Positions 9,699 to 19,595 of a stretch of DNA of 64,000 nucleotides are shown here, piece by piece (position 1 is the stretch's first letter; every line of letters begins with the position of its first letter). The stretch is taken from NCBI GenBank assembly GCA_050953285.1, contig JBMNMK010000002.1:1120844-1184843 (forward strand), read 5' to 3'. Position numbers and translations under genes: made by a program. The notes under the pieces are model-generated. The model had not been told where the DNA came from, searched no databases, and saw only the letters and a program-made list of their open reading frames with translations. The DNA comes from Atopobiaceae bacterium (GTDB lineage: Bacteria; Actinomycetota; Coriobacteriia; Coriobacteriales; Atopobiaceae).

Positions 9699-9735
9699 AA
9701 AAACGGTACATCTACCTGCGTAGATGTACCGTTTT
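9699..9735. terminator. Bidirectional intrinsic terminator
   Basis: aaaaCGGTACATCTACctgcGTAGATGTACCGtttt has a perfect 12-bp core stem extended by A/T tracts. It lies between the convergent HAD and htpG genes. Confidence 0.7.
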
Positions 9736-9798
9736 GTGTTAGCTCTGCTGCGTGCACAGAGGCCGCCTGAGATCTAGGCCGCGCATTTGCGCTGCAAC

Positions 9799-11769
9799 CT
9801 ACATGAGCTCTGTCACGTCACGCGCAAACTCGATGGGATCGTCTATTGGCAAGCCCTCGATCAAAAGCGCCTGGTCATAAAGGATGTGGCCATAAAGCTT
9901 GAGCTTGTCGGCATCATCTTTGACGGCCTTCAGCTTCTCAAACACCGGATGCTTGGAGTTGAGCATAAGCACGCGCTCTGCCTTGGGCGCGCCACCCATG
10001 GCCTGCGCCTGGTCTTGCAGACGGCGTTCCATGTCCAAGGAGATGGGGCCTGTGGAAGACACCATTGCGGGGGTGTCAGCATCAAGTGAGGCAGAGGCCT
10101 TGACCTCGCTGACCTTATCGCCCAGCGCATCTTTGAGCGCCGAGAAAAGATCGGCGTTGTCGGTGTTGATCTGCTCCGCCTCTTTCTTCTCGTCCTCCGT
10201 TGCCAAATCTAAATCTGCATCTGCTACGTTGGCGAGCTCGATATCGCGCGCCTCGGCGCCAGCGTTTTCTGAGTCCCCGGCCTTGGCGTCCACGTGATAG
10301 CTGTGCATGAATTGGAACATGAACTCATCCACGTCCTCCGTGCAGATGAGCACATCATAACCATGGGCAAGCGCGCCGCGCACGGCAGGCGTCTGAGAGA
10401 CAAGCTCGCGGGACTCACCTGAGGCGTAGTAGATCTTGTCCTGACCCTCTGCCATTGCGTCTACGTACTCTTTAAACGTCACCATGCGCTCCGACTTAGC
10501 AGACCAGAACAGCAAAAGATCTGCCAGATCAGACGCCTTTGAGCCGTAGGAGGAGTAGATGCCAAACTTGATGCCACGTCCAAAGTTGGTAAAGAACTTC
10601 TCGTAGGCCTCGCGGTCGTTGTCGCGCATGGCCTCAAGCTCTGAGTGGATCTTCTTTTCCACACGGCGCGCAATGGCGCGGAGCTGGGCGTTTTGCTGCA
10701 GCGTCTCACGCGACACGTTGAGCTTCACATCGGGTGAATCGACGATGCCGCGCACAAAGTTGTAGTAATCCGGCAGCAGATCTGCGCACTTCTCCTGGAT
10801 GAGGACGTTGTTGGTATAGAGCGCCAAGCCCTTCTCGTAATCTTTGCTATACAGATCAAACGGTGCCTGATCTGGGATAAAGAGCAGGGCATCATAGGAG
10901 AGCGTGCCTTCTGCATGGAAGCTTATAGTACGTGCCGGGTCGACAAAATCGTGGAAGCTGGCCTTGTAGAACTCGTTGTAATCCGACTGCTCGACATCTG
11001 CTGCGCGCTTCTTCCAGATGGGCGTCATGGAGTTGATGGTCTCAAGCTCCTGGTAGTCTTCATACTCTGGCTTGTAGTCATCACCCGCGTCTTCTGGCTT
11101 AGGCTTCTGGCGGCTCTTGGTCACCATCATCTGGATGGGATAGCGCACGTAGTTGGAATACTTCTTGACCAGATCACGCAGGCCCCACTCTGACAAGAAC
11201 TGGTCTGTGTCTTCCGTGTCGCTTTGCTTGCGCAGGTAGAGAATGACATCTGTACCGTGATCATCCTTGCTGGGGCGCTCGTCTTGAGCTGCGGGCTCAA
11301 TGGTATAACCCTTCACGCCGTCAGACTCCCACGCAAATGCTTCGTCTGCCCCAAAGGCACGGCTGATAACGCGGACCTTCTCGGCAACCATAAAGGCGGA
11401 GTAGAAACCGACGCCAAACTGGCCAATGATGGAGACATCGTCGCTGGTGTGCTCCGCGTTTTCCTCCTTGAACTGTTCAGAACCAGAATGCGCAATGGTG
11501 CCCAGGTTCTTATCGAGCTCATCTTTGCTCATGCCAATGCCCGTATCAGAGATGGTGAGCGTGCGGGCATCTTTATCAAAGGCAAGCGTGATGGCCAGCT
11601 TGTCATGATCCACGTTGAGATCTGGGTTGGTCAAGCTCTCAAAATTGAGCTTATCGAGAGCATCTGATGCATTGGAAATAAGCTCGCGGAGGAAGATCTC
11701 CTTGTTGGTGTAGATGGAATTGATCATCAGATCAAGGAGCTTTTTACTTTCTGTCTTAAACTGCTTCAT
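9799..11769 (-). CDS. htpG: Molecular chaperone HtpG (Hsp90 family)
   Basis: The N-terminal GHKL ATPase motif FLRELISNASDALDK is present and length and sequence match HtpG. The start is taken at MKQFKTESKKLL. Confidence 0.95.
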   Translation of the reverse strand: MKQFKTESKKLLDLMINSIYTNKEIFLRELISNASDALDKLNFESLTNPDLNVDHDKLAITLAFDKDARTLTISDTGIGMSKDELDKNLGTIAHSGSEQFKEENAEHTSDDVSIIGQFGVGFYSAFMVAEKVRVISRAFGADEAFAWESDGVKGYTIEPAAQDERPSKDDHGTDVILYLRKQSDTEDTDQFLSEWGLRDLVKKYSNYVRYPIQMMVTKSRQKPKPEDAGDDYKPEYEDYQELETINSMTPIWKKRAADVEQSDYNEFYKASFHDFVDPARTISFHAEGTLSYDALLFIPDQAPFDLYSKDYEKGLALYTNNVLIQEKCADLLPDYYNFVRGIVDSPDVKLNVSRETLQQNAQLRAIARRVEKKIHSELEAMRDNDREAYEKFFTNFGRGIKFGIYSSYGSKASDLADLLLFWSAKSERMVTFKEYVDAMAEGQDKIYYASGESRELVSQTPAVRGALAHGYDVLICTEDVDEFMFQFMHSYHVDAKAGDSENAGAEARDIELANVADADLDLATEDEKKEAEQINTDNADLFSALKDALGDKVSEVKASASLDADTPAMVSSTGPISLDMERRLQDQAQAMGGAPKAERVLMLNSKHPVFEKLKAVKDDADKLKLYGHILYDQALLIEGLPIDDPIEFARDVTELM

Positions 11770-11885
11770 AGAACACAGCTTCCCTTCTGCTTGCATGGCG
11801 CCTGTTGCGCATGTCCAACAGATAGCTATCTACCCTGTTAGAAATTCTCTATGCACTCAGCGGAGAAAATCTTCTATGACAGCAC

Positions 11886-12605
11886 TTAGATTTTGGATGC
11901 GACTTCAATCTTTCGGTTCACCAGATGTCCCTGCTCATGCTCGCACCTGATCACAAAATCAAAACGATCCAGCGCAGTGCAGAGCGGCAGATCGTTTGCG
12001 GGAAATTCTGGCTTGAGAGGGTCTAAGAATTTTGCCCCCGCGCCTTGCGGCAAATCTGCCACGGCACTCTCTACGTCGTATGTTTCTCCCGTGAGCAAAC
12101 TCTTGATGTAACAAGCACAGATCACGTCTTCTTCTGCCCTGCTCACTCCTTGGTTTCCCATGGCCACAATCGAGACCTGCTCGGGCGCCCGCGCGCGTAT
12201 ATAGCGCGCACACGCACGAGCATTGACCAAAGACCCCGTTATGATTTCATCTGCATGCTGCGCGTGCACAAGTCCCTGCGTGCCGGCGCTGGTGGTATGG
12301 ATCACAAGCTTCTGGAGCACATCTTCTGGCGCCACCTCAGAGGGCGCGTTGCCAAAATCAAAACCTTCCACCCGCGCACCCCTACGCTCACCAAACGTCA
12401 CCGCATCTGGAAAGAGCGCCGCCAGCGCGCGAGCCTCATCCAGCGACCCAGTAGGCAGTATCTTTTGAGCCCCATAGGCAAACAGGTAGCACTCCAGCGT
12501 AAACGCCCGAAACACATCAATAATTATCGTCAGTCCACGCGCCAGGTCCGCGCCTTCTATAAGCTCTAAGATCTTGATATCCACCGCTTCACGCCTCCAG
12601 CACAT
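11886..12605 (-). CDS. 2-phosphosulfolactate phosphatase (ComB) family protein
   Basis: IIIDVFRAFT, GERRG...GFDFGNAP, TTSAGT and EEDVICA motifs resemble the ComB family. Confidence 0.65.
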   Translation of the reverse strand: MCWRREAVDIKILELIEGADLARGLTIIIDVFRAFTLECYLFAYGAQKILPTGSLDEARALAALFPDAVTFGERRGARVEGFDFGNAPSEVAPEDVLQKLVIHTTSAGTQGLVHAQHADEIITGSLVNARACARYIRARAPEQVSIVAMGNQGVSRAEEDVICACYIKSLLTGETYDVESAVADLPQGAGAKFLDPLKPEFPANDLPLCTALDRFDFVIRCEHEQGHLVNRKIEVASKI

Positions 12606-12614
12606 ACGCTGGAG

Positions 12615-13433
12615 TTACTGTACCTCAGCGCAGAAGGTCAGCGGATGAATGGCTCCCACCGGACACTGATCAACACAGATCATGCATCCGCTGCAGCGAA
12701 CCGTATCAATTTTTGCCACATGGTCATCTATCGTTATGCACTTTTCTGGACATGCGCGATCACATTTTCCGCAGCCAATGCAGACGTTAGCGCACGACTC
12801 CTTGGCGCGTTTTCCCACGTTAGGATTTTGACAAGCGACAAAACTCACCACGCTTGCCGCACCTTTCTCCTGGATGGAGATAACGTGGCGCGGGCAGACC
12901 TTGGTGCATTCACCACAGCCCACACAGCGTTGAGGATTTACCTCCGCTATGCCATGTTCGTTGATCTTGAGTGCCCCATAGGCACACACGTCCACACAGT
13001 CACCAAAGCCTATGCAGCCATAGGTGCACGAGCGTGAGACATGGCTCATGGTCGAGAAGATCCTGCAGCTTTTTGGGCCATCATAGACGGCGGTACCTCG
13101 GATTCTGTCCGGTGCTCCATTGCATGCCACCGCTGCACGTTTGACCTTGACCCCCTCTTGGGTAACCCCCATGAACTCGGCCAGCTCACCTGCCACCTTA
13201 GCGCCACCCGGCACACAATCATTGCACGGGGCACCTTCTAAAACCGCATGCGCATACCCTTCACAACCAGGGTGTCCACATGAGCCGCAGTTGAGACCTG
13301 GCAAGATGGCGCAGATCTTTTCCAGGCGCTCATCTTCTTCCACATGCAGCGCGTGGGAAGAAAAACTCAATATGAGAGCACCTATAAGCCCAAGACCTGT
13401 CACCAGAACAACGGTAAGTACAATCGACTGCAT
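12615..13433 (-). CDS. rnfB: Rnf electron-transport complex subunit B (polyferredoxin)
   Basis: N-terminal TM, a CxxCGxxGC cluster and multiple CxxCxxCxxxCP ferredoxin motifs. It is the last gene of an rnfCDGEAB-ordered operon. Confidence 0.9.
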   Translation of the reverse strand: MQSIVLTVVLVTGLGLIGALILSFSSHALHVEEDERLEKICAILPGLNCGSCGHPGCEGYAHAVLEGAPCNDCVPGGAKVAGELAEFMGVTQEGVKVKRAAVACNGAPDRIRGTAVYDGPKSCRIFSTMSHVSRSCTYGCIGFGDCVDVCAYGALKINEHGIAEVNPQRCVGCGECTKVCPRHVISIQEKGAASVVSFVACQNPNVGKRAKESCANVCIGCGKCDRACPEKCITIDDHVAKIDTVRCSGCMICVDQCPVGAIHPLTFCAEVQ

Positions 13434-13441
13434 GCTCGCTC

Positions 13442-14038
13442 CTATGCGCCAAAGAGATGTTCGATAACGCCCGAGAACCCCATGAAGCTCATGGCAACAA
13501 TGGCGGCAGAAATGAGCGTGATGGGAAGCCCCTTGAAGACTTCAGGAGGATTTGCCTCCTCAACCGTGCGCCGCACGCCCGAGAAAATGACCATGGCAAG
13601 CAAGAAGCCAAGACCTGCGCCCAAAGCCGCCACCAACGATTGCAGATACGTGTAGCCGTTATCGATGCTCAAGATGGTGACGCCCAAAACGGCGCAGTTG
13701 GTGGTAATGAGGGGCAGGTACACACCCAATGAGCGATAGAGAGCGGGGATGAATTTTTTTATCGCCATCTCCAGCAGCTGTACCAGCGTGGCTATGACCA
13801 AGATGAAGGTGATGGTCTGCAGATATTCAAGGTGCCACAGAACCAAAAGTCGCTCGAGTGGCCATGTCACAGCGCTGGCAAGCAGCATGACAAAGGTGAC
13901 CGCAATGCCCATACCAACAGCAGAATCAAGCTTTTTTGAGACGCCCAAGAAGGGGCAAATACCCAAAAAGCGTACCAGGACAAAATTGTTGACCAGAATC
14001 ATGCCAAAAAGAATTGATGCATACTGCGCCATCAGCAC
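13442..14038 (-). CDS. rnfA: Rnf complex subunit A
   Basis: 198-aa polytopic protein of the RnfA/NqrE family (NNFVL..FLGICPFLGVS). Confidence 0.9.
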   Translation of the reverse strand: MLMAQYASILFGMILVNNFVLVRFLGICPFLGVSKKLDSAVGMGIAVTFVMLLASAVTWPLERLLVLWHLEYLQTITFILVIATLVQLLEMAIKKFIPALYRSLGVYLPLITTNCAVLGVTILSIDNGYTYLQSLVAALGAGLGFLLAMVIFSGVRRTVEEANPPEVFKGLPITLISAAIVAMSFMGFSGVIEHLFGA

Positions 14039-14790
14039 TCAGCCTCCTTAGCCACTTCTCTCTGAGCGCTCCGCGCTAACTCTGAGGCCGAAACCGCCGC
14101 CTCCAGCTTGTCATACAGTTCCTCTTTACCGGACGCCGCACAGTTCATGCCACATGCAGCGCACACGTCTTCAGCCTCGGGCAGCTTATAGTTTGCGTTG
14201 CGATGCCGCTCAAGTGCAACGGACGCCGCCAGGATGATACCGAGCGTCGCAAAACCTCCCGCCGGCGTAACCATGATCAGCATGGGCTCAATAAAGTCAG
14301 GAAGAACTGGGATGCCCAAAAACGTTCCTGCGCCCAAAACTTCTCTGATGGCACTCATGAGAATGAGCGTTGCGGTAAAGCCAAGTCCCATGCCCAGTCC
14401 GTCAGCCGCCGATTCTAAAACCCCATGCTTTGAGGCAAACGATTCCGCACGCCCCAGCACAATGCAGTTGACCACAATCAGGGAAAGGTAGATACCCAGC
14501 GCATCGTTGAGCGCCGGAAAATAGGCTTCCACCACCATCATGACCAAGGTGACAAAGCTGGCAATAATGATGATAAATGCCGGTATGCGCACCGAATCCG
14601 GTATGAGCCTGCGCACGAGCGAGACCACAATACCAGATCCTACCAGCACAAACGTGGTGGCAAGGCCCATGCCAATGCCGTTTGAGACAGCCGTTGTCAC
14701 CGCAAGGGTAGAACACAGGCCAAGCGCCTGTCTGAGCACAGGATTTTCTCGCAAAAGCCCAGCTGTCAGGATGTCTGTCTTCTCGCTCAT
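14032..14790 (-). CDS. rnfE: Rnf complex subunit E, with a C-terminal extension of about 60 aa
   Basis: RnfE/NqrD-like sequence (ENPVLRQALGLCSTLAVT). The ATG at 14790 follows GGAGGTGA and overlaps the rnfG stop (ATGA). The extra C-terminal tail contains CAACGMNC. Confidence 0.9.
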   Translation of the reverse strand: MSEKTDILTAGLLRENPVLRQALGLCSTLAVTTAVSNGIGMGLATTFVLVGSGIVVSLVRRLIPDSVRIPAFIIIIASFVTLVMMVVEAYFPALNDALGIYLSLIVVNCIVLGRAESFASKHGVLESAADGLGMGLGFTATLILMSAIREVLGAGTFLGIPVLPDFIEPMLIMVTPAGGFATLGIILAASVALERHRNANYKLPEAEDVCAACGMNCAASGKEELYDKLEAAVSASELARSAQREVAKEAEC

Positions 14791-15362
14791 GCGCTCACCT
14801 CCTGATACGCGCTGCACGCCGCGTTGAATGCCGCCAAGGCCGCCTTGGAAGAGATGGTGGCGCCACTTATGGTGTCAATCTGTGCGACGTCAACGCCCGA
14901 TGCATCACGCCCCACAAACTGGCCAATAAACGACTCCTCAGAAATCCTGCTGCCAAGTCCCGGCGTCTCCGAATTCTGCATGGCAACTATGTTGATAACA
15001 GTGCCATCCAGGCCAAACGCAACCGCCAGCGGCACCTCTCCGCCATAGCCCTTAGATTGAGCAACAATGATGTATCCGCTCGTCTCCCCAGAGGCATCGC
15101 GGGCGAGAAGGGCCTGCGTGCAGTCCTCTTGTGTGCACGTAACCTCTTCAAACGATGCCGCCTCTGGCATAAGCGCCGCATAGGTCTCCTGTGCCTTCTC
15201 CTGTGCCGTAGCCGCTGCAATGGGAGCGGTGATGTAGTGTGCAAATCCCAGAAGCGCAGAGGATACAGCACAGATGAGCACCAGAACGATAACGGGTTTG
15301 ACGAGGGAATTCTGCGCCTGGACACTTTGCGTAGGCGCCTCGGCCTGCTTACTCACCGCCAT
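14787..15362 (-). CDS. rnfG: Rnf complex subunit G (FMN-binding)
   Basis: N-terminal TM plus an FMN_bind domain with a covalent-flavinylation-type motif SGATISS near the C-terminus. The ATG at 15362 follows AGGAGAGGTG. Confidence 0.85.
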   Translation of the reverse strand: MAVSKQAEAPTQSVQAQNSLVKPVIVLVLICAVSSALLGFAHYITAPIAAATAQEKAQETYAALMPEAASFEEVTCTQEDCTQALLARDASGETSGYIIVAQSKGYGGEVPLAVAFGLDGTVINIVAMQNSETPGLGSRISEESFIGQFVGRDASGVDVAQIDTISGATISSKAALAAFNAACSAYQEVSA

Positions 15363-16365
15363 CACCTCTCCTCTTGGCGCGCGCAAAGCTCTTCTTGGGT
15401 GCACCGAGAGGCCGCGCGCGTGTGGCGTCGTCGATAAACGGCACCAGAAGACTCATGAATAAGATTGAGTACGCACACCCCTCATTCATGTTGCCCCAGA
15501 AGCGGATAAGGCATGTGATCAGCGCCAATCCGCATGCAAAGACAACTTTTCCCCGGACGGTCAGAGGGGCTGTGGTGTAGTCGGTTGCCATGAACACAGC
15601 CCCTAAGAGCACACCGCCGGAAAGAATCTGCGCCACGGGATCAAGCCCCATCAGAGCGGAAAACACAAAGACGAGTCCTGTATAGATGACCGGTACGTGC
15701 CAGCTAATGGTCTTTTTTGCCAGAAGATAGGCAAAGCCCAAAAGGATGGCGAGCGCACTCGTCTCTCCCAACACACCCATCTCAGTTCCCAAAAACATGT
15801 CCAACCAAGGGAGTTTTTCCGCTGTCTGGGCAAGCATCGTGGCAGAACTCACCGCATCATAGCTGCTCAACATCACCTGCGGCACCGGATAGCTTGTCAT
15901 AGCTGCCGGCCATGAGATGGAAAGGATGATGCGCGCCACGATGGCCGGGTTGGCAAAGTTCTTTCCAATACCGCCAAAAAGCTCTTTTACCAGCACAATT
16001 GCAATGAAACACCCCACGACCACCATATAAAGCGGAAGGCTTGCTGGTACGTTGAATGCCACCAAGACCCCGGTTACCGCGGCCGAGAGATCTCCTACCG
16101 TTTGAGGAGTCTTTCTCAAACGGCACCACAGATACTCAAATGCCACCGAAGATGCCACTGAAACCGCAATCAAAAGTGCCGCACGCAAGCCAAATATCAC
16201 CACGGCAGCAATGGCTGCAGGCGTCAGGGCAACCAGCATGGTGCGCATGATGCTTCGAGTCGTAGTTGTACCCACGATCTGTGGAGCGACCGATAAGCTC
16301 AGCGCGGATTCAAAGTTATTACCAGGCGCTGCTGCTTGGTTCTTCTCGCCTTTATCCTCTGCCAT
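15349..16365 (-). CDS. rnfD: Rnf complex subunit D
   Basis: 338-aa polytopic RnfD/NqrB-like protein in the expected operon position. Confidence 0.9.
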   Translation of the reverse strand: MAEDKGEKNQAAAPGNNFESALSLSVAPQIVGTTTTRSIMRTMLVALTPAAIAAVVIFGLRAALLIAVSVASSVAFEYLWCRLRKTPQTVGDLSAAVTGVLVAFNVPASLPLYMVVVGCFIAIVLVKELFGGIGKNFANPAIVARIILSISWPAAMTSYPVPQVMLSSYDAVSSATMLAQTAEKLPWLDMFLGTEMGVLGETSALAILLGFAYLLAKKTISWHVPVIYTGLVFVFSALMGLDPVAQILSGGVLLGAVFMATDYTTAPLTVRGKVVFACGLALITCLIRFWGNMNEGCAYSILFMSLLVPFIDDATRARPLGAPKKSFARAKRRGDGGE

Positions 16366-17710
16366 CTTGCGCCCTCCTCTGCGCGCGCTTTCTTTCCTTC
16401 ACGAGCGATCGCGCTAGGCGAACGTTTTGCGTCAGGGGTTGTCTGGCAGGACAGACATATGAGCATGTTCCGCACTCCATGCACAGGTCTGCCATGTATT
16501 TGTCCAGAGCGGCCGTGTCTCCTCGGGTGTACGCCTTCATGATGTCTACAGGCGACAAGGACATGGGGCAGGAATTTACGCAGGTGCCGCAACGTATGCA
16601 TGCGGTGGTTTCCATCTCCTGTGACCCCTCTTGGGTAAATGCAAGAAGACCTGAGTTCTGGCGCACAATGGGATAGTCGAGATCAACCTGAGAGACGCCC
16701 ATCATGGGGCCTCCGGTCACCACCTTGTACGGATTTGACTTGAGCCCGCAGTATTCCAAAACCTCCCTGATGGGAGTACCTATGGCAACGTCGAGATTTT
16801 GAGGGCGTGCCACCGCGTCGCCCGCCACCGTGATACGACGTCTGACCAGCGGCATTCCATCTTCAAGGAAGCGCCCAATGCACGACATGGTCGTGACGTT
16901 AAAGAGAACACATCCCACGTCCGTTGTATGACCACCGCGCGGTACTTCTCGCCCTGTTGCGTTTCTGACCAAGACATGCGCAGCACCTTGCGGATAGCGC
17001 GTCGTCATGGAAAGCACCTCGATGCGCTTGTCCGCAGCACAGGTCTTCTTGAGGATTTCGATAGCTTTTGGTTTGTTGTCCTCAATGCAGATCACGGCGC
17101 GCCCAATACCGGAGAGGTCCAAGCAGGTAGAGATACCTTTGAGAATGGTATCGGGGTGCTCGACCATCTCTCGGTAGTCGCTTGACAGATACGGCTCACA
17201 CTCTGCGCCGTTCACGAGCCAAGTGTCGATGTTATCTATATCCACGTTGAGCTTGAGCTCCGTGGGAAAACCCGCGCCACCAAGACCCACAATGCCGCTG
17301 TACTTTACGGCATGGATGAGCATCTCATAGGTTGGGACATCAGGCGGCCAGACGGAGTCGTCGAGCGTCTGCTTGCCATCGGGCTCAATGATGACTGCCA
17401 CGTCTCTTCTGCCGTCCGCATAATAAATGTTGCGAATCTCGGTGACCGTACCAGAGACCGACGAAAAGATATCCGACGTTGTTCTTGCCTCGGCATGACC
17501 TATGAGCGTACCCACGTTGACATGGTCTTTTTTCTTTACGCAGGGCTGGCACTGAGCACCTATGTGTTGCTGCATTGGCAAGATTATCTGTGTTGGAACA
17601 GGCATAACCTCAGTCGGCATATCTGCCGTCACCTTGTTATGCGTCAGATCCACACCGCGCCGCTCTCTCAATTTGAGAAGCGAATGCGCAATGCCCCCCA
17701 AGCATCCCAT
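16352..17710 (-). CDS. rnfC: Rnf complex subunit C (NADH-binding, 2x[4Fe-4S])
   Basis: GLGGAGFPT nucleotide-binding motif and two CxxCxxCxxxCP motifs (CIRCGTCVNSCP, CMECGTCSYVCP). The start is taken at MGCLGG and is uncertain; the ORF extends to 17773. Confidence 0.9.
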   Translation of the reverse strand: MGCLGGIAHSLLKLRERRGVDLTHNKVTADMPTEVMPVPTQIILPMQQHIGAQCQPCVKKKDHVNVGTLIGHAEARTTSDIFSSVSGTVTEIRNIYYADGRRDVAVIIEPDGKQTLDDSVWPPDVPTYEMLIHAVKYSGIVGLGGAGFPTELKLNVDIDNIDTWLVNGAECEPYLSSDYREMVEHPDTILKGISTCLDLSGIGRAVICIEDNKPKAIEILKKTCAADKRIEVLSMTTRYPQGAAHVLVRNATGREVPRGGHTTDVGCVLFNVTTMSCIGRFLEDGMPLVRRRITVAGDAVARPQNLDVAIGTPIREVLEYCGLKSNPYKVVTGGPMMGVSQVDLDYPIVRQNSGLLAFTQEGSQEMETTACIRCGTCVNSCPMSLSPVDIMKAYTRGDTAALDKYMADLCMECGTCSYVCPARQPLTQNVRLARSLVKERKRAQRRAQDGRG

Positions 17711-18250
17711 GTTGCCCCCCTCGGCATGGACTATGAAGTTAAATATCAGCACTGTGTAATGATGTTGAAACAAATACCAATCGCTGATTACCTAAATAAA
17801 GCATGACTTGACTACTATTGCCTATACATTCTGGTGTACGGAGCAAGATTGCGTTTCAATGGCATGAGCGGTCGCTAATGAGCAGGTCAATGGGTGTTTC
17901 CAACATATTTCAACACCGGTGTACGCTCGTTGAGGCCTATGAAAGAGCTTGGGGATCCAAAAGATGACACGCAAAAACCCATATAAAAACAAGGAGAAAA
18001 TGTATCCAGGTCAAGGAAGATATTTGTAATTTGCTTTGCGACACACATTTGACAAACGTATTTGCTAGGATGCTAAAAACACTTGGTTAGCGGGGCACAT
18101 TTGTACGTAAACGTATATATTTCCTAGGTAAGTGGAATACTATCAATTGTTCCACGTCATGAATGCTCCCCTGTCTTATGCTTCCCCCTCTTTTAGATAG
18201 AGCTCCGTATAAGACACGAGTGTATCTTGTTCCCGAACGAAAGGAAGTCT

Positions 18251-19465
18251 ATGAACGACTTCATTTTCCAGTCCCCGACAAAGTTTGTCTTTGGCTCGTC
18301 TGCCGTTGAGCGGACTGGGGAAGAGATCCAAGCACTTGGGTTAAGCCGTGTTCTTCTCGTCTACGGCGGTGGCTCCGTTAAGGCATCGGGCCTTTTGGAG
18401 AAAGTGGAAACATCCCTCAAGAATGCAGAGATCTCATTTATTGAGCTCGGTGGTGTTAGACCCAATCCTGAGGTCGATTTTGTCCGCCAAGGCGCCAACA
18501 TTGCACGCGATAACGCCTGTGACCTCATCTTGGGCATCGGCGGTGGCTCCGTTATTGATACGGCAAAGGCCATTGCCTTTACGGCCGTTTCCAAGAAAGA
18601 CGCATGGGACTTCTTCTCTGGAGAAGCACACATCACCTCATGCTTGCCCGTGGCATGCGTCCTCACCATTCCTGCGGCGGGCTCTGAAGCATCTGGCTCG
18701 TGCGTTATCAGCAATGATGAGCTGTCGCTCAAAAAGGGTGTGAGTAGCGATCTCTTTAGGCCAAAAATTGCCATCATGGATCCTACGGTCACCTATACGC
18801 TTCCCTTGTATCAGACAGGCGCTGGCGTGACCGATATGATCTGCCACATAGCAGAACGCTACTTCAGCTCTGTAGGTTCAGTTCCTGTGACTGATAACAT
18901 CTCCACGGGTCTTATCCGTGCCATCATGGATTCAGCACGCGTTGTTATCAAGAATCCTGAGGATTACGACGCCCGCGCAAACATCATGTGGGCAGGCACG
19001 CTTGCCCACAACGACCTGTGCGGTTGTGGCCGCAACAGCTCACTTGAAAAGCACGCGGGCGGCTGGGAAAGCCATGGCTTAGAGCATGAGATCTCCGCTC
19101 ACCGTCCAGAGGTTGCACACGGCGCTGGTCTTGCGGTCATTTTGCCCGCATGGATGCGTTATGTCTGGAAAAAGCGTCCCGAGCGCTTCCTTTCGTTTGC
19201 CGCTGACGTCTTTGGTCTCACCCCAGAAGATATGACACCGGAGAGCATTGAAACCACGGTCCTTGCAGCCATTGATATGCTCCAGGAGTTCTTTGTAAGC
19301 ATGGGCATGCCAAAGACGCTTGATGATCTGGATCTGTCCGTGGAGGAAATTGACACGTGGATTGAGACGCTCAAGGAGAACAAGGGCGAGCCCTTTGGCG
19401 AGTTCAAGCCGCTGAGCATGGAAGACGCACGTGCCATCTATCTCTCAGCTTTCAAGAACGCATAA
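18251..19465 (+). CDS. Iron-containing (group III) alcohol dehydrogenase, YqhD/butanol dehydrogenase-like
   Basis: GGGSVIDTAKAIA motif and metal-binding histidines (HGLEHEISA...HGAGLA). AAGGAAG precedes the ATG at 18251. Confidence 0.9.
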   Translation: MNDFIFQSPTKFVFGSSAVERTGEEIQALGLSRVLLVYGGGSVKASGLLEKVETSLKNAEISFIELGGVRPNPEVDFVRQGANIARDNACDLILGIGGGSVIDTAKAIAFTAVSKKDAWDFFSGEAHITSCLPVACVLTIPAAGSEASGSCVISNDELSLKKGVSSDLFRPKIAIMDPTVTYTLPLYQTGAGVTDMICHIAERYFSSVGSVPVTDNISTGLIRAIMDSARVVIKNPEDYDARANIMWAGTLAHNDLCGCGRNSSLEKHAGGWESHGLEHEISAHRPEVAHGAGLAVILPAWMRYVWKKRPERFLSFAADVFGLTPEDMTPESIETTVLAAIDMLQEFFVSMGMPKTLDDLDLSVEEIDTWIETLKENKGEPFGEFKPLSMEDARAIYLSAFKNA

Positions 19466-19487
19466 CCACAACCACATTTACGTGCAA

Positions 19488-19527
19488 GCGCGCCCGAGCT
19501 TCTAGCTGGGGCGCGCTCTTCTTTTTT
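19488..19527 (+). terminator. Intrinsic terminator after the alcohol dehydrogenase gene
   Basis: AGCGCGCCC...GGGGCGCGCT stem followed by cttcttttttcc. Confidence 0.65.
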
Positions 19528-19595
19528 CCATGATCTTTTGCCCACACCTCTGCGCGCCCTGTGCATACGCGCACGCGCTCAAAGCTCTAGATGCT

